Shown: positions 21,955 through 26,700 of the stretch, one piece after another
How positions within the stretch are numbered: the stretch's first letter is position 1
Layout of the letters: each line of letters begins with the position of its first letter
DNA from: Chiloscyllium plagiosum
Taxonomy: Eukaryota
Assembly (NCBI RefSeq): GCF_004010195.1
Contig: NC_057718.1
Location: 76,774,129-76,800,828 of the forward strand
Length of the DNA: 26,700 bases
Direction: 5' to 3'
Made by a program: the position numbers and the translations under genes
The notes under the pieces: generated by a model
What the model saw: the letters and a program-made list of their open reading frames with translations, nothing else
Told to the model about the DNA's origin: nothing
Database searches by the model: none

Positions 21955-22811
21955 TATAGAGTCATAGAGATGTACAGCACGAAAATAGACCCTTTGGTCC
22001 AACCCCTGTCCATGCCGACCAGATATCCCAACCCAATGTAGTCCCACCTGCCGACCCATGTCCCTCCAAACTCTTCCTATACCCATCCGGATGCCTTTTC
22101 AATGTTGCAATTGTACTAGATTAGATTACATTACATTAGATTAGATTACATTATTTTTTTGTATCTCTTCTCGTGATCAATTAGATATCTAGCAGCGTGG
22201 AAACAGGCCCTTCGGCCCAACAAGTCCACACCGACCCGTCGAAGCGCAACCCACCCATACATTTACCCCTTACCTAACACTACGGGCAATTTAGCATGAC
22301 CAATTCACCTGACCTGCACATCTTTTGGACTGTGGGACGAAACCGGAGCACCCGAAGAAAACCCACGCAGACACTGGGAGAACGTGCAAACTCCACACAG
22401 TCAGTCACCTGAGGCGGGAATTAAACCTGGGTCTCGGGCGCTGTGAGGCAGCAGTGCTAACCACTGTGCCACCGTGCCGCCCATACTAGCCTCCACCACT
22501 TCCTCTGGCAGCTCATTCCATACACATGCCATCCTCTGTATGAAAAAGTTGCCCCTTAGGTCTCCTTTATATCTTTCCCCTCTCACCCTAAACCTATGCC
22601 CTCTAGTTCTGGACTCTCCCACCTCAGGGAAAAGACCTTGTCTATTTATCCTATCCATGCCCCTCATGATTTATTAAACCTCTAAAAGGTCATCCCTCGG
22701 CCTTCGATGGTCCAGGGAAAGCAGCCCCAACCTATTCAACCTCTTCCTATAGCTCAAATCCTCCAGGCCTGGCAACATCCTTGTAAATCGTTTTTGAACC
22801 CTTTCAAGTTT
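21955..22811 (-). mobile_element. CR1-type LINE 3' fragment interrupted by an HE1 SINE
   Basis: MRGMDRINRQGLFPEVGESRTRGHRFRVRGERYKGDLRGNFF..VWNELPEEVVEA. The LINE resumes at 22118 and below (caattgtactag). Tail tagagtcatagag. Confidence 0.92.
22119..22483 (-). mobile_element. HE1-type SINE nested in a CR1 LINE, with TSD and a templated insert
   Basis: TACTAG occurs on both sides (about 22113-22118 and 22484-22489). Full head, body and (TAATC/TAATG)n tail. Carries a foreign segment at 22151-22195. Confidence 0.93.
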
Positions 22812-22899
22812 ATAGGGCTAGAGGGTGTTAAGAGAGAGAGAGAGAGATCTATGGATGTGTTTAAACTATTGTAGTTCTGTTCCTCCAGGCTCCTTAAAA

Positions 22900-23485
22900 A
22901 TGTAGGAGATGTGATGTCCTATTGCTGCTGTACACAACATTGGTTAGTCTACTTTTGCAATACTGTATTCAGTTCTGGTATCCCTGCTACAAAGATGTTA
23001 TGAATCTTTTCTAAACCCTTTCAAGTTTCACAAAGATGTTGCCAGGGTTGGAAGGTATGAGCTATAGGGAGAGACTAAATAGGCTTGAGCTATTTTCCTT
23101 GGAGAATGCGAGGTGACCTTAGGCACGTATAAAATCAAGCGGGGCATAGATAAGGTGAATAGTCAAGGTCTTTCCCCAGGATAGGGGAGTCCAAAACTAG
23201 AGTGCTTAAGTTTGAGCGGAGAGGGGAAAGATTTAAAAGGGACCTAAGGGGCAACGTTTTCATGCATAGAGTTGTGCGTGCATGGAATGAGCTGCCAGAG
23301 GAGGTGGTGGAGGCCGGTACAATTACAACATTTAAAAAGCATGTGGATGGGTACATGAATAGGAAGGGTTTAGAAGGATATCGGCCAAATGCTGGCAAAT
23401 GGAACTAGATTAATTTAGGATATCTGGTCGGTGCAGATACGTTCGACCGAATGGTCTGTTTTCAGCTGTACAACTCTATGACCCA
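22900..23485 (+). mobile_element. 5'-truncated CR1-type LINE with a 30-bp internal inversion
   Basis: RGERFKRDLRGNVFMHRVVRAWNELPEEVVEAGTITTFKKHVDGYMNRKGLEGYRPNAGKWN; tail gctgtacaactctatgac. Confidence 0.92.
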
Positions 23486-23854
23486 TAATGGGTCAGAATA
23501 ACCATGTCAGTCATCCGCCACACTTTGGAAGTCCCCTCCCTTCCTGGGGACTAAATTATCAGAATGTACAGTATGGTAGAGGTTCAAAAGCGCATGGACT
23601 TTAATTTTTTCACCATGGAGATATCGCAATTGCGCAAAGCCGCACATGTCTCTTTCTATTCTTCCTCTTGAATTGGCAGTTAAAGAGAAATTGTGAGAGA
23701 ACAACTATCCTGACCACAGAATGCAGTTCTCCTGTATCCCATTAACCCATGGCTCCATCAGTTTAATGTTGAGAGCTATAAAAATATCTGCTTGCAACTG
23801 ACCTGTGATAGGCATTGATCTTGGGAATATGTTCTTGAGTAATTTTATTTAATC

Positions 23855-23956
23855 AATCTGTTCAAATGTGTTGTAATGTGGATGTGAAACAGGTGAGACT
23901 TGAACACCAGATTAATCACTCAAAGGTGTGATACTATCACTGTACCACAAGAGCCC
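23855..23956 (-). mobile_element. Old tRNA-derived SINE head
   Basis: Minus strand GGGCTCTTGTGGTACAGTGATAG..GTTCAAGTCTCACC (A- and B-box-like). Confidence 0.5.
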
Positions 23957-24259
23957 TCTCGATATATTCTTGTATCCAACTGTCAGGTAATGTCTGCAGA
24001 ATTTGTGCTCTGAATTCCAGACTTTGTTCACCAACTAAGCATTGAAATTGTACCTGTTCGAAAATGCATGCAGAGTAATTTAACATCCTAATCAAATTTA
24101 ATCTTGCTAGTCCTCGGCTATTTTGTCCAGTGCATAAATGGAAATATATGTGCTCCCTGACTGTTCTGCTAGGATGCTGTAAGGTAATAGATGATTCCAA
24201 ATGTTTACTATTTGTTTCAAATCTCTCTTATGGAGTAAGTATAGGTATGCATCCAAGTA

Positions 24260-25010
24260 GGCTTGTGGTGACATCATAGTGGTTTTGTCGTCATATTAAT
24301 AACCCAGAGACATAGGTAATATTCTGGAGATCTGGATTAAAATCCCATCAAAGCAGAATAAATGTAAAAGTTGGGAATTAAATGTCAAATGATGACTAGG
24401 AAAACCATTGTCATTAAAAACCCACTGGTTTACTAATGATCTTTTTGGGGAAGGAAATTTATCCTTCTTACTTGGTCTGCACTACATGCAGCTCCATGGT
24501 TGACTCTGAAATACTCATTAGCTGTACCTAACCAATTTTTTAAAATCTCAAAATGGGATTGAAACCAGCCAGAACACCTGGCAATGATCTAGGGGCTAGA
24601 AACAAACAAGCAGCAAATCCTATCAATTCTGCAAATTCCTGTTTACTAACATCTGGAAGCCATGCTAAAATTGGGAAAGCTGTGACAAAGATTAGTTGAG
24701 CAGCAGTGTGATATTGTCTGTAAGGTATAATTTATGAGTATGACTTTGTCCTAGAGAATAGACCCAGCAGTTGTGGCAGCACAGAGGTACACAGTCAGGA
24801 AGAAGTTGCCCTGACAGTTCTAGGCGCTGACTCTAGACACTATATGAGGTCTCATGGCATCAGGTCAAACATGGGCATGAAAATCCTCTGACTGATGACT
24901 ACACATATTGACCCTATCCCTCTCTTGCTTGATGAATCAGTATTCCTCCATGTTGAACACCACATGATGGAAGCACCAAGTGTGGCAGTAGTGCAGTATA
25001 TATGATATTG
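24260..25010 (+). mobile_element. Decayed 5' part of a LINE: SINE-like leader followed by an APE endonuclease remnant
   Basis: Frameshifted TNIW..KLGKL*QRLVEQQCDIV..RPSSCGSTEVHSQEEVALTVL..EVSWHQVKHG follows the order of APE N-terminal motifs. Clade not determined. Confidence 0.55.
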
Positions 25011-25143
25011 TTCAATGTGAATTTGATTATTATCATTCCTGTCCTGTTTTTTTAAAAAATACTAATGTTCAAAGTTTGTGAGAAGATTTGTAGCTCAGGT
25101 GCTCGTTGTTGTGGTTCTGTTCGCCGAGCTGGGAATTTGTGTT

Positions 25144-25183
25144 GCAGACGTTTCGACCCCTGTCTAGGTGACTTCCTCAGTGC
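25144..25183 (-). ncRNA. Minimal type I hammerhead ribozyme-like motif in the PLE terminal repeat
   Basis: Minus strand GCA-CUGAGGA-A-GUCACC-UAGACA-GGGGUC-GAAA-C-GUC-UGC. Both core boxes and the GUC triplet are intact, with a 3-bp helix I, palindromic ACGU in place of helix III, and two mismatches in helix II. Confidence 0.7.
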
Positions 25184-25479
25184 TTGGGAGCCTCCTGTGA
25201 AGCGCTTCTGTGATGTTCCCTTTGGCATTTATAGTGGTTTGTCTCTGCAGCTTCCGGTTGTCAGTTCTAGCTGTCCGCTGCAGTGGCCGGTATATTGGGT
25301 CCAGGTCGATGTGTTTGCTGATAGAATCTGTGGATGAGTGCCATGCCTCTAGGAATTCCCTGGCAGTTCTCTGTTTGGCTTGTCCTATAATACATTGAAG
25401 AGGTGTTCTTCTTCCTCTTTTTGCAGTCCTGGTGTGCTACAGTGTGTTGTGGCCCTTTTGAACAGTGTCTTGATGCAAC

Positions 25480-25488
25480 NNNNNNNNN
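25480..25488. other. Assembly gap (9 N)
   Basis: Run of n in the sequence. Confidence 1.
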
Positions 25489-26498
25489 AGTAGTCTGGCT
25501 GTCAGTTTGGAAATGTTCTTGATGTATGGTAACGTGGCTAGTCCTTTGGGTTGTGGCATATCCTCATTCCGTTGTCTTTCCCTTAGGCATCTGTTGATGA
25601 AATTGCGGGGGTATCTGTTTTTGGCGAATACATTGTAGAGGTGTTCTTCTTCCTCATTTTGCAGTTCTGGTGTGCTGCAGTGTGTTGTGGCTCTTTTGAA
25701 CAGTGTCTTGATGCAACTTCTTTTATGTGTGTTGGGGTGGTTGCATTCATAGTTCAGGACTTGGTCTGTGTGTGTGTGGTTTTTCTGTATACCTTTGTGG
25801 TGAATTCTCCGTTTGGTGCTCTCTGTACCATCACGTCTAGGAATGGGAGTTGGTTGTCCTTTTCTTCCTCTCTAGTGAATTTGATTCCTGAGTGTGGCAT
25901 TGATCTGGTGTGTGTTTTCTATTTCTGTAATTTTTAATGATTACAAAAGTGTCATCTACATATCTGACCCAGAGTTTGGGTTGAATTTGCGGTAAGACTG
26001 TTTGTTCTAATCTTTGTATTACAGCTTCTGCTATGAGTCCAGAGATGGGTGAGCCCACAGGTGTGCAGTTGATTTGTTCATCTATTTGGTTGTTGAATGT
26101 GAAGTGTGTTGTGAGGCACACGACCAGTAGTTTGAGTATGCAGTCTTTGTTGATAGGTTCACCGTCTTGTTGTCTGTTCTGTATGTCCAGCAGGTTGGCT
26201 ATTGTTTCTCTGGCTACGGTTTTGTCGATAGAGGTGAACAGTGCCATTAATGAGACCATAGTTTCTTCCTTGTCTATAGTATATTTCTGATGATGTCCAA
26301 GAATTCCTGTGTTGACACTGTTCAAAAGGGCCACAACACACTGCAGCACACCAGAACTGCAAAAAGAGGAAGAAGAACACCTCTACAATGTATTTGCCAA
26401 AAACGGATACCCCCGCAATTTCGTCAACGGATGCCTAAGGGAAAGACAACGGAATGAGGACATGCCACAACCAAAAGGACTAGCCACGTTCCCATACC

Positions 26499-26676
26499 TC
26501 TCAGCAGAGAGCGGCGCGAGCTGGGCAGAAGTGAGGTTGGAGCGCAGAGCTGGTCGGGAAGGTAAGTGATATATAAAGAACTTACCTCGACGCCAACGGT
26601 CTTTTCTCAGCAGAGAGCGGCGCGAGCTGGGTGGAAGTGAGGTTGGAGCGCAGAGTTGGTCGGGAAGGTAAGTGAT
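26499..26676 (+). repeat. Direct repeat, 2 x 72 bp with 106-bp period; probably the 5' UTR of a LINE extending beyond the window
   Basis: tctcagcagagagcggcgcgagctggg..gtcgggaaggtaagtgat at 26499-26570 and 26605-26676, few mismatches, CpG-rich. The LINE 5' UTR assignment is an inference. Confidence 0.8.
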
Positions 26677-26700
26677 TGATATTTGAGTGGGTGTGTTCTA

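Larger units (their letters stand above)
25068..26497 (-). mobile_element. Penelope-like retroelement (Poseidon-like) complex with inverted segment and hammerhead motif
   Basis: ETMVS..ALFTSID, TPVGSPISGLIAE and WVRYVDDTFVII are PLE RT motifs. TLFKRATTHCS..NGYP is the PLE post-RT region, present on both strands. Confidence 0.92.

Noticed and set aside
26499..26676. Repeat-spacer-repeat pattern suggestive of CRISPR
   Set aside because: Only two 72-bp units, a vertebrate intronic context and no cas genes.

Overview
Vertebrate genomic DNA, most likely a cartilaginous fish (shark), inferred from HE1-type SINEs and the abundant CR1-type LINE and Penelope-like elements. The window holds the last four coding exons and ~2 kb 3' UTR of TMEM30A/CDC50A on the + strand (971-8995). 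Its final intron (6044-8801) has U12/minor-spliceosome signals. A CpG-rich promoter and coding exon 1 of CEP43/FGFR1OP follow (+, 17004-17084), and intron 1 runs off the window end. The rest is decayed transposable elements: CR1 LINEs, an RTE LINE, tRNA-derived SINEs, a TA-flanked Tc1/mariner-type MITE and several Penelope-like elements (PLEs). The most unusual observations are: (i) a perfect 45-bp inverted copy of nearby intronic sequence lodged between the tail and body of a SINE, with 3-bp microhomologies at both junctions; (ii) two clean micro-inversions inside retroposon copies; (iii) several minimal hammerhead-ribozyme-like motifs in PLE termini; (iv) a LINE tail that now forms the polypyrimidine tract of a TMEM30A exon; (v) a tandem repeat carrying consensus splice donors plus a U1-like antisense octamer. 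Most ORFs in the supplied track are repeat fragments or spurious. No prokaryote-type system (CRISPR etc.) is present. Repeat family names come from recognition, not database searches, and repeat boundaries are approximate unless stated.
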